Below are positions 17,968 to 28,838 of a stretch of 64,000 bases of DNA, piece after piece; position 1 is the first letter of the stretch; each line of letters starts with the position of its first letter. The notes beneath the pieces were generated by a model, which had not been told where the DNA came from, did no database searches, and saw only the letters and a list, made by a program, of their open reading frames with translations. This stretch comes from Verrucomicrobiia bacterium (GTDB lineage: Bacteria; Verrucomicrobiota; Verrucomicrobiia; Limisphaerales; UBA11358). The position numbers and the translations under genes were made by a program. The DNA lies in the NCBI GenBank assembly GCA_049280815.1, contig JBAPQW010000041.1, forward strand, positions 29,031-93,030, written 5' to 3'.

Positions 17968-19038
17968 TCAGTGGCCGAGCAATTGCGCGCGGTATTCCGT
18001 GGGCGACTGGCCGAGCAGCTTTTTAAAGACGCGGTTGAAATGCGTGAGCGACTGGAAGCCGACTTCAAACGCGATCTCGCTGACGCGCAGGTTGGGGTTC
18101 AACAACAGGTTCTTGGCCTTCTCGATGCGCACCCGGGAAAGGTAGTCGGTGAAATTGATGCCGGTGACCTTCTTGAACATCTTGCAAAAGTAAAACGTGC
18201 TCATGTTCACCGCCTTGGCCGCCCGGGCGAGCGACAGTTCCTCGGTGTGGTGCTCGTATATGAATTCCTTGGCGCGCTTGATGATGGGCGGCTCGGTGTT
18301 TTTTTGCTGGATGAAAATCTGATTGCCCAGCATGGCCAGGTGCTGCGAAAAAATCACGAGCAGCCGGACGATGGCTTCATGCTGTTTGGCCGTGACCACT
18401 TTCGTGGCATAGAACGCCTGCTTGAGCGCGTCCCGGTCCATCTCCACACCCCAGCTCGCCACCAGTTTGGCGGCCCGGTCAAACTGGCGCGGGGTCGGCT
18501 TCTGGCCGAGCAGCTGCCCGGTCTGCAGATAGCCGATGAGCCGGTCGCCCAGCCGCACCGGCACGGCGGTGTCAAGCAGTCCGGCCGGACAGGAGATCGT
18601 CTTGGGTTCGTTGACGGCCTTTTCGCAAAGCTGTTCCCAGACCTGCAAACACGCGGCGCAGGCGCGGCTCTTTTGCGACACGAGCGCGCAAAAGGGATTT
18701 TCGTTACGCTTCCCGTGATGCGGCAACTGCCAGGTTTCCAGCGGCTGCAGCGACACCGGCAAACCCGTCAGCACGTTGAACGCGCGCTCATACTCCTGGT
18801 ACACCTTCGAATCGGAAATGGCCTTGATCAGGGCGCGGTTGTTGTTGCCGCCGGTGCCATTGCCGTTGTTGCTGCCGCTGCCATTCATCGCCGCGACCGT
18901 CGTCCGGTCCCGGGCGGAACCCTTTTTTGCGGACACGATCTCCGGTGGACATTCACACTTGTGGAAGCAAGGCGCCGGCGCCAGCTCCTTCACGTCCAAA
19001 ATCGATGTCAAAGCACCCTTAACAATGCTTGTTTGCAC
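17968..19038 (-). CDS. AraC-family transcriptional regulator with PocR-like sensor domain
   Basis: The Cys-rich PocR-type region is FCALVSQKSRACAACLQ...ISCPAGLLDTAVPV...IGYLQTGQ. The C-terminal HTH_AraC is ARAAKAVNMSTFYFCKMFKKVTG...VSEIAFEVGFQSLTHFNRVFKK. An internal start (MNGSG, 18888) is possible. Confidence 0.8.
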   Translation of the reverse strand: MQTSIVKGALTSILDVKELAPAPCFHKCECPPEIVSAKKGSARDRTTVAAMNGSGSNNGNGTGGNNNRALIKAISDSKVYQEYERAFNVLTGLPVSLQPLETWQLPHHGKRNENPFCALVSQKSRACAACLQVWEQLCEKAVNEPKTISCPAGLLDTAVPVRLGDRLIGYLQTGQLLGQKPTPRQFDRAAKLVASWGVEMDRDALKQAFYATKVVTAKQHEAIVRLLVIFSQHLAMLGNQIFIQQKNTEPPIIKRAKEFIYEHHTEELSLARAAKAVNMSTFYFCKMFKKVTGINFTDYLSRVRIEKAKNLLLNPNLRVSEIAFEVGFQSLTHFNRVFKKLLGQSPTEYRAQLLGH

Positions 19039-19367
19039 AGGAACAAATTAAGCAAACCTCACATGGACGTCAAGTGAAATGGCAAAAATTAATTCTGAAC
19101 CGGGTCAACCCAACACTTTGGCCGGCAAAAGGCTATGAACAATTTCACGGTCTAATGATGCGAAGCAGGACAGCCAATGAACCGGGCGCCAGCCGGCTTT
19201 GCCGACGGCATAAAAAGGCTGCGGAGCGGTGAGGGAGAGCGGCCGGCAGCGGCGACCAGGAAATTGTTGAACGATCCGACACCGGCGCAAGGCAGGGTGA
19301 TAGTTTGCCAATTTTTGCAGAGCCATGCCGGCCCATCCGCCCGAGTCTTTGTATAAGTTTACGCCCA

Positions 19368-19901
19368 ATGATTGCCACGTTAAAAAAAGAAAAAGGAATC
19401 CGTCTGGCGACGGTGCTGCAACACGCCAGCGGCGACAAGCGCTTCAAGATCCTGGAAGCGCATATGAAGAAGCACCAATTCAAACACGACGCGCTGATCG
19501 AGGTGCTGCACAAGGCCCAGGAATTGTTTGGCTTTCTCGAGGACGACCTGCTCCTGTTCGTCGCCTGCAAGCTCAAGCTGCCGGCCAGCCGCGTGTATGG
19601 CGTCGCAACCTTTTACCATTTCTTCACCCTCAAACCCCAGGGCGCCCACACCTGCGTCGTGTGCATGGGCACGGCCTGCTACGTCAAGGGCGCGGACAAG
19701 GTGCTCGCCGCCGTCGAGGAAAAAGCCCGGATCAAGGCCGGCGAAACCACACCGGACAATCAAATCTCGCTGCTGACGGCGCGGTGCATCGGCGCCTGCG
19801 GCATTGCGCCCGCGGTCGTGTATGACGGCGTGGTCACACCGCGGCAGACCCCTGAAACCGCGCTCGCCCAGGTGAAAGGATGGATGCCACATGGTAATTG
19901 A
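19368..19901 (+). CDS. hoxE: NAD-reducing hydrogenase diaphorase subunit HoxE (NuoE-like 2Fe-2S)
   Basis: [16 protein letters not shown], the C-x4-C motif CVVCMGTAC and CIGACGIAP. Start set at MIATLKK. Confidence 0.85.
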   Translation: MIATLKKEKGIRLATVLQHASGDKRFKILEAHMKKHQFKHDALIEVLHKAQELFGFLEDDLLLFVACKLKLPASRVYGVATFYHFFTLKPQGAHTCVVCMGTACYVKGADKVLAAVEEKARIKAGETTPDNQISLLTARCIGACGIAPAVVYDGVVTPRQTPETALAQVKGWMPHGN

Positions 19902-21549
19902 TGATCTCAACGCGATTGCGGAAAAGGAGCGGGCCAGCCGCAAGAAAATTGTTGTCCGCTGCTGCCTGGCGGCCGGCTGCATGTCCTCCAACTCGGAGGC
20001 GGTCAGGAAAAGCCTCGAAGCGGCGGTAAAGGACGCCGGCCTGGACGACGAGGTGGAAGTCCGTGGTGTCGGCTGCATGAAATTGTGTTGCGAAGGCCCG
20101 CTGGTGAGCATTGACACCCAGAATGCGCTTTACGAAAAGGTCACGCCCGAGGATGCCCTTTCGCTCATCCAGACGTTGAAAGGCGGCAAAACCACCGTCC
20201 AATGTGGTGACTTCAATCATCCTTTTTTCAAAAAGCAACTGTCCATCGTCCTGGCCAACAGCGGCGAGATCGATCCGGAACGCATTGAAGCCTACATCGC
20301 TGCCGAGGGTTATCAGGCGCTGCACGACGTGCTCCGCGAGATGACACCCAAGGAAGTGGTGGAGACCATGGTCAAGAGCGGCCTGCGCGGCCGCGGGGGC
20401 GCGGGTTTTCCCACCGGCATCAAATGGGGCACGGTCGCCAAGACCCAAAGCATCCAGAAATATGTCATCTGCAACGCCGATGAGGGCGACCCCGGCGCCT
20501 TCATGGACCGCAGCGTCTTGGAAAGCGACCCGCACAGCGTGCTCGAAGGCATGGCCATCGCCGCCTATGCCGTCGGGGCCAACCAGGGTTTCATCTACGT
20601 CCGTGCGGAATATCCGCTGGCCATCAAACGATTGCAGACGGCCATCAAACAGGCCAAGCAACTCGGCCTGCTCGGCAGTGGCGTTTTTGAATCGCCCTTC
20701 AATTTCAACATCGACATCCGCATCGGCGCGGGCGCGTTCGTTTGCGGCGAGGAAACCGCCCTGATGGCGTCGGTTGAAGGCAAGCGCGGGACGCCGCGTC
20801 CGCGTCCGCCGTTCCCGGCCGAAAGCGGTCTGTGGGATTGCCCCACGCTGATCAACAACGTCGAGACGTTCGCCAACGTGCCGCCGATTCTGCGCAAGGG
20901 CGCGGAATGGTTCGCCGGCATCGGCACGGAGAAAAGCAAGGGCACCAAGGTTTTTGCGCTCGCCGGCAAGATCACCAACACCGGCCTCATCGAAGTGCCG
21001 ATGGGCACGCCGTTGCGGCAGATCGTCGAGGAAATGGGCGGTGGCGCCCCGGACGGCGGCAGAATCAAGGCCGTGCAGACCGGCGGACCGTCGGGCGGCT
21101 GCATTCCCGCCGACGCGCTGGATACGCCGGTGGATTATGAATCCCTCGGCAAGCTCGGCTCCATCATGGGTTCGGGCGGCATGATCGTGATGGACGAAAC
21201 CACCCGGATGGTGGACGTGGCGCGGTATTTCATGGAGTTCTGCGTGGACGAATCCTGCGGCAAGTGCATTCCCTGCCGGGCCGGCACCGTGCAAATGCTG
21301 CATCTGCTGGAGAAAATTCTCAACCGCCAGGCCACGGCGCGCGACCTCGCCAAACTCGAGGAGCTTTGCGACATGGTCAAAAACACCAGCCTCTGCGGCC
21401 TCGGCCAGACGGCGCCAAATCCCGTGCTGAGCACGCTGCGATTTTTCCGCAAGGAATACGCAGAGTTGATCCAGCCGGACTCCTACGGCGCTCCGGGCAA
21501 TGGCGAAGCAAAGAAAACCGGACTGGCGACAACGAAACAACCCAGCTGA
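19891..21549 (+). CDS. hoxF: diaphorase subunit HoxF (NuoF-like, FMN/NAD-binding, 4Fe-4S)
   Basis: [29 protein letters not shown] and [10 protein letters not shown]. Confidence 0.95.
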   Translation: MVIDDLNAIAEKERASRKKIVVRCCLAAGCMSSNSEAVRKSLEAAVKDAGLDDEVEVRGVGCMKLCCEGPLVSIDTQNALYEKVTPEDALSLIQTLKGGKTTVQCGDFNHPFFKKQLSIVLANSGEIDPERIEAYIAAEGYQALHDVLREMTPKEVVETMVKSGLRGRGGAGFPTGIKWGTVAKTQSIQKYVICNADEGDPGAFMDRSVLESDPHSVLEGMAIAAYAVGANQGFIYVRAEYPLAIKRLQTAIKQAKQLGLLGSGVFESPFNFNIDIRIGAGAFVCGEETALMASVEGKRGTPRPRPPFPAESGLWDCPTLINNVETFANVPPILRKGAEWFAGIGTEKSKGTKVFALAGKITNTGLIEVPMGTPLRQIVEEMGGGAPDGGRIKAVQTGGPSGGCIPADALDTPVDYESLGKLGSIMGSGGMIVMDETTRMVDVARYFMEFCVDESCGKCIPCRAGTVQMLHLLEKILNRQATARDLAKLEELCDMVKNTSLCGLGQTAPNPVLSTLRFFRKEYAELIQPDSYGAPGNGEAKKTGLATTKQPS

Positions 21550-21554
21550 TTTTT

Positions 21555-22271
21555 ATGGCCGCCAAAACTTTAACGATTGATGGAAAACAGGTCAGCGCCG
21601 AGGAAGGCGCGACCATTCTGGACGTGGCGACCGACGTCGGCATCAAAATCCCGACGCTGTGCCATCTCGATGGGGTGTATGATATTGGCGCGTGCCGCCT
21701 TTGCCTCGTGGAGGTCACGGGCATTGCCAAACTGCTGCCCGCCTGCACGACGAAGATCAGCGAGGGCATGGACGTGAAGACCGACAGTGAACGGCTGCAA
21801 AAATACCGGCGCATGACGCTGGAGCTGCTGTTTGCGGAACGCAACCACACCTGCGCCGTGTGCGTGGCCAACGGCCATTGCGAATTGCAGACCCTGGGCT
21901 ACAGCCTGGGCATGGACCATGTGCGTTACGATTATTGTTTTCCGAAATGGAACGTGGACGCGACGCACCGGCTGTTTGGCATGGACCACAACCGCTGCAT
22001 TCTTTGCACCCGTTGCGTCCGGGTGTGCTGGCATATCGAGGGCGCGGGCACCAAGAACGTCTCCGGCCGCGGCGCCCGGGCCACCATCATCAGCGACCTC
22101 AACCAGCCGTGGGGCGATTCCGAAACCTGCACGGCCTGCGGCAAATGCGTGATGTCCTGCCCGACCGGCGCGTTGTTCCACCAGGGTTCGACGGTGTCCG
22201 AAATGGAACGTGACCGCACCAAACTCGAATTCATCGTCAACGCACGGGAGAAAAAACAATGGAACGTTTAA
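21555..22271 (+). CDS. hoxU: diaphorase subunit HoxU (NuoG N-terminal-like, 2Fe-2S/4Fe-4S)
   Basis: [13 protein letters not shown]...CRLCLVEV...[11 protein letters not shown]...[16 protein letters not shown]. Start set at ATG 21555. Confidence 0.9.
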   Translation: MAAKTLTIDGKQVSAEEGATILDVATDVGIKIPTLCHLDGVYDIGACRLCLVEVTGIAKLLPACTTKISEGMDVKTDSERLQKYRRMTLELLFAERNHTCAVCVANGHCELQTLGYSLGMDHVRYDYCFPKWNVDATHRLFGMDHNRCILCTRCVRVCWHIEGAGTKNVSGRGARATIISDLNQPWGDSETCTACGKCVMSCPTGALFHQGSTVSEMERDRTKLEFIVNAREKKQWNV

Positions 22272-22807
22272 GAGTAGCCACCGTCTGGCTGGGCGGCTGT
22301 GCCGGCTGCCACATGTCCTTTCTTGACCTGGACGAGTTCCTCATCGAGCTCGCCGGCAAAATCGACCTCGTTTACAGCCCGGTCGTGGACGTCAAGGAAT
22401 ATCCCGAGAACGTGGACGTCTGCCTCATCGAAGGCGCCGTCTGCAACGAGGACAACCTCGAAATCCTCCATAAAATCCGCGCCCGGACCAAGGTGCTGGT
22501 GGCCTTCGGCGATTGCGCCGTCACCGGCAACGTTCCGGCCATCCGCAACCAGCTTGGCCTGCGCAACGACGAGAATGTGCTCCAGCGCGCCTATATCGAG
22601 AACGCCCAGGACAATTCGTGCGTGCCGAAGGCCGAGGGCATTTTGCCCGCGCTGCTCAAGCGCGTGATGCCGGTCCATGAAGCCGTTCAGGTGGAATATT
22701 TCCTGCCCGGCTGTCCGCCGCCCGCCGACCGCATCAAGGCAGTCATGGTCCAGGTGTTGAACGGCGAAACGCCAAAGCTCGTGGGCCTGCAACTGAAATT
22801 TGGTTAA
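22259..22807 (+). CDS. hoxY: [NiFe] hydrogenase small subunit HoxY
   Basis: [23 protein letters not shown] and LPGCPP. Confidence 0.9.
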   Translation: MERLRVATVWLGGCAGCHMSFLDLDEFLIELAGKIDLVYSPVVDVKEYPENVDVCLIEGAVCNEDNLEILHKIRARTKVLVAFGDCAVTGNVPAIRNQLGLRNDENVLQRAYIENAQDNSCVPKAEGILPALLKRVMPVHEAVQVEYFLPGCPPPADRIKAVMVQVLNGETPKLVGLQLKFG

Positions 22808-22814
22808 TAAGTTT

Positions 22815-24239
22815 ATGTCAAAACGCATCGTCATCGACCCCGTGACCCGCATTGAGGGCCATGCCAAGATCAGCATCTTCATGGACGACGCGGGCAACGT
22901 GTCCGACGCCATCTTCCACGTCGTGGAATTCCGCGGCTTCGAAAAATTCTGCGAAGGCCGTCCCTACGCCGAAATGCCCGGCATCACCCCGCGCATCTGC
23001 GGCATCTGCCCCGTCAGCCATCTGCTCGCCTCCGCGAAGGCCGGCGACGCCATCATGGCTGTCAATATTCCGGTCGCCGCCGACAAGCTGCGCCGGCTGA
23101 TGAACCTGGGGCAGATCATCCAGAGCCACGCGTTGAGTTTCTTTCACCTGAGCGCGCCGGACTTCCTGCTTGGCTGGGACACGCCGCCGGCGCAACGCAA
23201 CGTGTTCGGTTTGATTGCCGCCAACGCCGACCTTGCCCGGGCCGGCATCCGCCTGCGCCAGTTCGGTCAGGAGATCATCGAAATCCTCGGCGGCAAAAAA
23301 ATTCACCCGGCGTGGGCCGTTCCCGGCGGCGTGCGCAGCCCGCTGACGGAGGCCGGCCGGGCGAAAATCCGCGCCTGGCTGCCGGAGGCGTTCGCCACGA
23401 CGAAGGTCGCGTTCGACTTGTTCAAGAAAACCCTCGAAACGCACCAGCGCGAAATCCAGATCTTCGGCAATTTCCCGTCGCTGTTCATGGGTCTCGTCGC
23501 CCCGGATGGCACCTGGGAACATCATGGTGGCAAACTGCGGTTCAGCGACAGCAGCGGCAGCATCATCGCCGACCAGCTCGATCCGCAAAATTATTTCGAT
23601 TACATCGGCGAATCGGTGCAGAATTCGTCCTATCTCAAGTCGCCCTATTACAAGCCGCTCGGTTTTCCCGACGGCATGTACCGCGTCGGCCCGCTGGCCC
23701 GCCTGAACATCTGCGAGCAAATGGGCGTGCCCAAGGCGGACGCGGAATTGAAAAAATTCAAGAAGATGGGCCATGGCGCGGTCACGTCGTCGTTCCTCTA
23801 CCATTACGCGCGGCTCATCGAAATCCTCGCGTCGCTGGAATACGTCGAGCGTTACCTGGACGACCCCGACCTGTTGAGCAACGAGCTCCGTGCCGACGCC
23901 GGCATCAACAGCCTGCGCGGGGTGGGGGCGAGCGAAGCGCCACGCGGCACGCTGTTCCACGACTACACCGTGGACCGCGATGGCCTGCTCAAAAAAGTGA
24001 ATCTCATCGTCGCCACCGGCCAGAACAACCTGGCGATGAACCAGACCGTGGCGCAAATCGCCCGGCATTACGTGCATGGCAAGGATATTCCCGAACCCAT
24101 GCTCAACCGCATCGAGCATGGGATCCGCTGTTACGACCCGTGCCTGAGCTGCTCGACTCACGCCGTCGGCCAGATGCCGTTGCATGTGCAGTTGATCGCG
24201 CCGGACGGCACGGTGCTCAACGAAATGGCGCGCGGATAG
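22815..24239 (+). CDS. hoxH: [NiFe] hydrogenase large subunit HoxH
   Basis: N-terminal RIEGH and [10 protein letters not shown]. The C-terminal DPCLSCSTH is followed by a 24-aa extension, the substrate for the maturation protease. Confidence 0.95.
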   Translation: MSKRIVIDPVTRIEGHAKISIFMDDAGNVSDAIFHVVEFRGFEKFCEGRPYAEMPGITPRICGICPVSHLLASAKAGDAIMAVNIPVAADKLRRLMNLGQIIQSHALSFFHLSAPDFLLGWDTPPAQRNVFGLIAANADLARAGIRLRQFGQEIIEILGGKKIHPAWAVPGGVRSPLTEAGRAKIRAWLPEAFATTKVAFDLFKKTLETHQREIQIFGNFPSLFMGLVAPDGTWEHHGGKLRFSDSSGSIIADQLDPQNYFDYIGESVQNSSYLKSPYYKPLGFPDGMYRVGPLARLNICEQMGVPKADAELKKFKKMGHGAVTSSFLYHYARLIEILASLEYVERYLDDPDLLSNELRADAGINSLRGVGASEAPRGTLFHDYTVDRDGLLKKVNLIVATGQNNLAMNQTVAQIARHYVHGKDIPEPMLNRIEHGIRCYDPCLSCSTHAVGQMPLHVQLIAPDGTVLNEMARG

Positions 24240-24262
24240 GTTTTGGTAGGTTGTTGTGGCGG

Positions 24263-24302
24263 GCGGGGAAACGGATGTCTGGCTGTTTCCCCGCTTTTTT
24301 TT
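24263..24302 (+). terminator. rho-independent terminator after hoxH
   Basis: gcggggaaac-N12-gtttccccgc followed by T8. Confidence 0.8.
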
Positions 24303-24323
24303 CCGGCGCAAGTGGTTTAGCTT

Positions 24324-24791
24324 TTGACCGTGAGCCACCATTCGCAGCCGGCCGCCGCCGGGGACTTTCTGGTCGTCGGGTACGGCAACGAACTGCGCGG
24401 CGATGACGGTGTCGGTCCCAAGGTCGCTGCGGCCGTGGAAGAGCTCCACCTGCCCGGCGTACGCACGCTGATCTGCCCATTGCTCACCCCCGAATATGCC
24501 GAGCTGATTTCCCAGGCGCGGCGGGTGGTTTTTGTGGATGCCGCGGTGGATGCGCCGAAGAAAGTCCAGTGGCGCAAGCTCGAACCCAACGAGACCTCCC
24601 AAATCATGGCCCATGCCGCCGACCCGCGCACGATGCTGGCGCTGGCCCGCGACGTTTTTGGCCACTGCCCGGAAGCCTGGTGGCTGACGATCCCCGCCGA
24701 AAACACCGGTTTCAGCGAGGAGCTTTCACCATCCGTCCGCCGCGGCCTGCAAGAAGCCGTGGAAAAGATCCGCGCGCTCGCGGTCAAATAA
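24324..24791 (+). CDS. hoxW: hydrogenase maturation endopeptidase HoxW
   Basis: LVVGYGNELRGDDGVGPKVA signature. The start is non-ATG (TTG 24324 or GTG 24330). Confidence 0.85.
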   Translation: MTVSHHSQPAAAGDFLVVGYGNELRGDDGVGPKVAAAVEELHLPGVRTLICPLLTPEYAELISQARRVVFVDAAVDAPKKVQWRKLEPNETSQIMAHAADPRTMLALARDVFGHCPEAWWLTIPAENTGFSEELSPSVRRGLQEAVEKIRALAVK

Positions 24792-24942
24792 GGGAGAGTG
24801 GTCGGCAACTTCTGTTGAGCGGGCGCCGGCAGGGGGGCATATTTTTGATGACCAGAGTTGAAACCGGCTGCGCGGGAAACAACGTGGAATGGTCCGCGAA
24901 GCCCATCGGGTCCGCTGTGACAGCCGGCGCTGAAAGGATTAT

Positions 24943-27282
24943 GTGAACGTGCCGCCAGCAATGCGATTGAAGGCCACCGTGCGTGGCGCGGTGCAGGGGG
25001 TTGGCTTCCGGCCGTTCGTCTTCCGGCTCGCCGCCGAATTGCAACTGGCTGGCTGGGTCAATAACTCCCCCCAGGGAGTATTCATCGAAGCCGAAGGTCC
25101 ACGTCCCGATCTGGAAAAATTTCTGCTGCGCCTCGAAGCGGAAAAACCGGCGCGCAGCTCGATACAAAGCCTCGAAGCCTCGTGGCTTGATCCCGCCGGT
25201 TACAAGGGTTTTGAAATCCGGCTGAGCGAGACCGGTGGCGACACGACCACGCTGGTGTTGCCGGACATCGCCACCTGTCCCGAGTGTCTCCGCGAAATTA
25301 TCGATCCGGCGAACCGCCGGCATCATTATCCTTTCACGAATTGCACGAATTGTGGGCCGCGTTTCAGCATCATCGAATCGCTGCCTTACGACCGGTCAAA
25401 CACCTCCATGCAGCAGTTTGCGATGTGTGCACCATGCCGGGCCGAATATGACGACCCGCGCGACCGGCGGTTTCACGCGCAGCCGAATGCCTGTCCGATT
25501 TGCGGCCCGCAGCTTGAATTGTGGAATTCATCCGGCGAGGCGGTTTTTGGCGGGCACCAGGCCCTGCGCGCCGCCGCCCGGGCCATCCGTCGCGGCCAGA
25601 TTGTGGCGGTCAAAGGTCTCGGTGGATTTCATTTCATGGTTGCTGCGCACGACGAACCAGCCGTGGGCCGCCTGCGCGAGCGCAAGCAGCGCGAGGAAAA
25701 ACCCTTTGCCCTGATGTTCCCCTCGCTGGAGAGCGTGAAGGCTGAATGTGAAGTGTCACCACTGGAGGAACGATTGCTCCGCTCGCCTGAGGCGCCGATT
25801 GTCCTGTTAAACAAAATCGCCCATCGCCCATCGTCCATTGCCAATTCCATCGCCCCGGCCAATCCATGCCTCGGGGTGATGCTGCCGTCGAATCCCCTCC
25901 ATCACCTGCTTCTGACCGAACTCGGTTTTCCCGTCGTCGCCACCAGCGGCAACCTGAGCGATGAACCGATTTGCACGGATGAACACGAGGCCCTGGAACG
26001 GCTGCACGATGTCGCCGATGTTTTTCTGGTTCATAACCGTCCGATTATCCGGCAGGTGGACGATTCGATTGTGCGCGTCATGCTCGATCGCGAGCTGGTG
26101 TTGCGCCGCGCCCGTGGCTATGCGCCCTTGCCCATTACGCTTGACCCTCAAACCTCAAACCTCAACTCCCAACCCATTCTGGCCGTTGGCGCCCAGCTCA
26201 AAAATGCCGTGGCGCTTTTGGTTGGCAACCAGGTTTTCATCAGTCAACATATCGGTGATCTCGAAACCGAGCCGGCCCATGCCGCCTTCCGCCGCGTCAT
26301 TGCGGATTTTGAAAAGCTTTACCACGCCCGGCCGCAAATCATCGCCGCCGACCTGCATCCCGACTATCTCTCGACCAAGTTTGCAAACGACACCGGCAGG
26401 GCCGGGCTGCCGCTCGGCCCGGATGCGCGGCAGCGCCTCCCGACCCGCGTCGGCGTCCAACATCACATCGCGCACGTCCTGTCCTGCATGGCGGAAAATG
26501 AACTTGAGCCGCCGGCGCTTGGCGTTGCGTGGGACGGCACCGGCTATGGAACCGATGGCACCATCTGGGGCGGTGAGTTTTTCCTGGTCACCCACCAAAG
26601 CATCGAGCGCGTCGCCCATCTGCGCCCGTTCCGTCTGCCCGGTGGCGACCAGGCGGTCAAGGAACCCCGCCGCACCGCGTTGGGCCTGCTTTATGCAATG
26701 TCCGGCGACAACATTTTTGGGCGAAAAGACCTGGCGCCGGTCGCCGCATTTTCACCGGCCGAACTGGCCACGTTGAAGGCGATGCTGACAAAACAAATAA
26801 ATTCGCCCCTGACCACGAGCATGGGCAGGCTGTTCGACGCCGTCGCCTCGATCCTCAATCTTCGCCAGCACATCCGCTTCGAGGGCCAGGCCGCCATGGG
26901 ACTGGAATTCGCGCTCGATGGAGCTGTAACGAATGATCATTACCACCTGTCACCGGTCACCTGCCACCCGTCGTCCGTGTTGGATTGGTCGCCCATGATC
27001 CTGGCGATTTTGGCGGATGTGAAGAACGGCATTTCGGTCGCCACCATCTCCGCCAAATTCCACAACGCGCTGGTCGAAGGAATGGTTGCGATGGCAAAAC
27101 ATGCCGGACAAGAACACGTCGTCCTTTCGGGCGGCTGTTTTCAGAACCGTTATTTGACGGAACACGTGGTGCGGCGTCTGGAGGCGGAAGGTTTTCGGCC
27201 GTACTGGCACCAGCGCGTGCCGCCGAATGACGGCGGCATCGCCCTGGGACAAGTCATTGCCGCGCGGCGCATGAAAGGTTAA
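24943..27282 (+). CDS. hypF: carbamoyltransferase HypF
   Basis: Acylphosphatase domain VQGVGFRPFV, zinc fingers CPECLREI...CTNCGPRF and CAPCRAEY...CPICGP, and a YrdC-like plus Kae1-like C-terminus. GTG start, or ATG 24961. Confidence 0.95.
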   Translation: MNVPPAMRLKATVRGAVQGVGFRPFVFRLAAELQLAGWVNNSPQGVFIEAEGPRPDLEKFLLRLEAEKPARSSIQSLEASWLDPAGYKGFEIRLSETGGDTTTLVLPDIATCPECLREIIDPANRRHHYPFTNCTNCGPRFSIIESLPYDRSNTSMQQFAMCAPCRAEYDDPRDRRFHAQPNACPICGPQLELWNSSGEAVFGGHQALRAAARAIRRGQIVAVKGLGGFHFMVAAHDEPAVGRLRERKQREEKPFALMFPSLESVKAECEVSPLEERLLRSPEAPIVLLNKIAHRPSSIANSIAPANPCLGVMLPSNPLHHLLLTELGFPVVATSGNLSDEPICTDEHEALERLHDVADVFLVHNRPIIRQVDDSIVRVMLDRELVLRRARGYAPLPITLDPQTSNLNSQPILAVGAQLKNAVALLVGNQVFISQHIGDLETEPAHAAFRRVIADFEKLYHARPQIIAADLHPDYLSTKFANDTGRAGLPLGPDARQRLPTRVGVQHHIAHVLSCMAENELEPPALGVAWDGTGYGTDGTIWGGEFFLVTHQSIERVAHLRPFRLPGGDQAVKEPRRTALGLLYAMSGDNIFGRKDLAPVAAFSPAELATLKAMLTKQINSPLTTSMGRLFDAVASILNLRQHIRFEGQAAMGLEFALDGAVTNDHYHLSPVTCHPSSVLDWSPMILAILADVKNGISVATISAKFHNALVEGMVAMAKHAGQEHVVLSGGCFQNRYLTEHVVRRLEAEGFRPYWHQRVPPNDGGIALGQVIAARRMKG

Positions 27283-27293
27283 GGTAAAAGCAG

Positions 27294-27572
27294 ATGTGTC
27301 TGGCCATTCCAGGAAAAATTGAAAGCATCAGCGGCGACGATCCGCTGACGCGCATGGGCAAAATCAATTTTGGCGGCATCCTCAAGCAAGCCTGTCTGGC
27401 CTATGTGCCGGAGGCCCGGATTGGCGATTACGTCATCGTCCACGTCGGTTTCGCCCTCAGCCGGGTCGATGAAGCTGAGGCGCACAAGGTGTTCGACTAT
27501 TTGAAGCAGATGGAAGCGCTCGCCGAATTGGAAGACAGCAACGCCGGCGCGCCGCCGGCGCCAAGTGACTGA
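27294..27572 (+). CDS. hypC: hydrogenase assembly chaperone HypC
   Basis: MCLAIPGKI N-terminus. Confidence 0.9.
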   Translation: MCLAIPGKIESISGDDPLTRMGKINFGGILKQACLAYVPEARIGDYVIVHVGFALSRVDEAEAHKVFDYLKQMEALAELEDSNAGAPPAPSD

Positions 27573-27646
27573 CAATTTGAACGGGTGGGGAAGCGTCTTA
27601 ACGAGCCGAAAGCTGGCTTGTCAACCGCCTCGCTCCACCCCTGGCC

Positions 27647-28735
27647 ATGAAATACCTCGACGAATACCGTGACGGCGAACGCGCGCAGCAATTCGCGCGG
27701 GAAATTCACCGCGTCACGACCCGGCCATGGAACATCATGGAGGTCTGCGGTGGTCAGACGCATGCGATTGTAAAATTCGGCCTCGACGAGCTGCTGCCGG
27801 AACGCCTCACGCTGATTCACGGCCCGGGCTGCCCGGTCTGCGTGACGCCGCTCGAAATGATCGACAAGGCGCTGGAAATCGCCGCGCGGCCCAACGTCAT
27901 TTTCGCCTCGTTTGGCGACATGTTGCGCGTGCCCGGCAGCACCACCGATTTGCTTTCCGTCAAAGCCAAGGGCGGCGACGTGCGCATCGTTTATTCACCG
28001 CTGGACGCCGTGAAACTCGCGGAACAAAATCCGGCGAAAGAAATAGTTTTCTTTGGCATCGGTTTTGAAACCACCGCGCCCGCGACAGCGATGGCGGTTT
28101 GCCAGGCTGCGCACAAAGGCCTGAAGAATTTTTTCGTGCTCATCTCGCACGTGCTCGTGCCGCCGGCCATTGAGGCGCTGATGTCGTCGCCGAACTGCAA
28201 GGTGCAGGGCTTTCTCGCCGCCGGCCACGTCTGCGCGGTGATGGGCTATGAGGAATACCCGCCGATCGCGGCGAAGCACCATGTGCCGATCGTCGTCACC
28301 GGCTTCGAGCCGCTGGACATTTTGCAGGGGATATTGATGGTGGTGCAGCAACTGGAATCCGGCCGGGCGGAGGTAGAAAACCAATATACCCGGTCGGTGC
28401 GGCGCGAGGGGAATCCGGCGGCCCAGGCAATCATCCGCAAGGTTTTCAAGGTCGTGCCCCGTAAATGGCGCGGCGTTGGCGAAATACCGGAAAGCGGCCT
28501 CGGTTTGAACGACACCTACGCCGCATACGACGCCGAAAAGAAGTTCGGCCTGGCCGATCATCACGTGGACGAACCGGCTGAATGCCTGAGCGGCCTGGTC
28601 CTGCAGGGGCAAATCAAGCCGCACGAGTGCCCGGCCTTCGGCGCGAAATGCACGCCGGAACATCCGCTCGGCGCGACGATGGTGTCGAGCGAAGGCGCGT
28701 GCGCGGCTTATTACCGCTATCGCCGGCGGAACTGA
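27647..28735 (+). CDS. hypD: hydrogenase formation protein HypD
   Basis: [25 protein letters not shown] and FETTAP motifs. Confidence 0.95.
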   Translation: MKYLDEYRDGERAQQFAREIHRVTTRPWNIMEVCGGQTHAIVKFGLDELLPERLTLIHGPGCPVCVTPLEMIDKALEIAARPNVIFASFGDMLRVPGSTTDLLSVKAKGGDVRIVYSPLDAVKLAEQNPAKEIVFFGIGFETTAPATAMAVCQAAHKGLKNFFVLISHVLVPPAIEALMSSPNCKVQGFLAAGHVCAVMGYEEYPPIAAKHHVPIVVTGFEPLDILQGILMVVQQLESGRAEVENQYTRSVRREGNPAAQAIIRKVFKVVPRKWRGVGEIPESGLGLNDTYAAYDAEKKFGLADHHVDEPAECLSGLVLQGQIKPHECPAFGAKCTPEHPLGATMVSSEGACAAYYRYRRRN

Positions 28736-28838
28736 ATCATTCATGAAAAAACCTTCAACCTCCAATGTTTTACGGAGCGGCGAACACATTGCGTTCGACG
28801 TTGGGCATTGAAGTTTGGAAGTTCCCAGCGCTGATTTT

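Noticed and set aside
19834-21540. Very long antisense ORFs. They are 568 aa opposite hoxF, 615 aa at 22818-24665 opposite hoxH, 550 aa at 42367-44019 opposite GH42, 519 aa at 45864-47423 opposite galE, and 513 aa at 53531-55072 opposite guaB.
   Set aside because: The products are Arg/Ala/Gly/His-rich with no motifs. The opposite strand encodes unmistakable conserved enzymes in each case. Long stop-free antisense frames are expected at this GC content.
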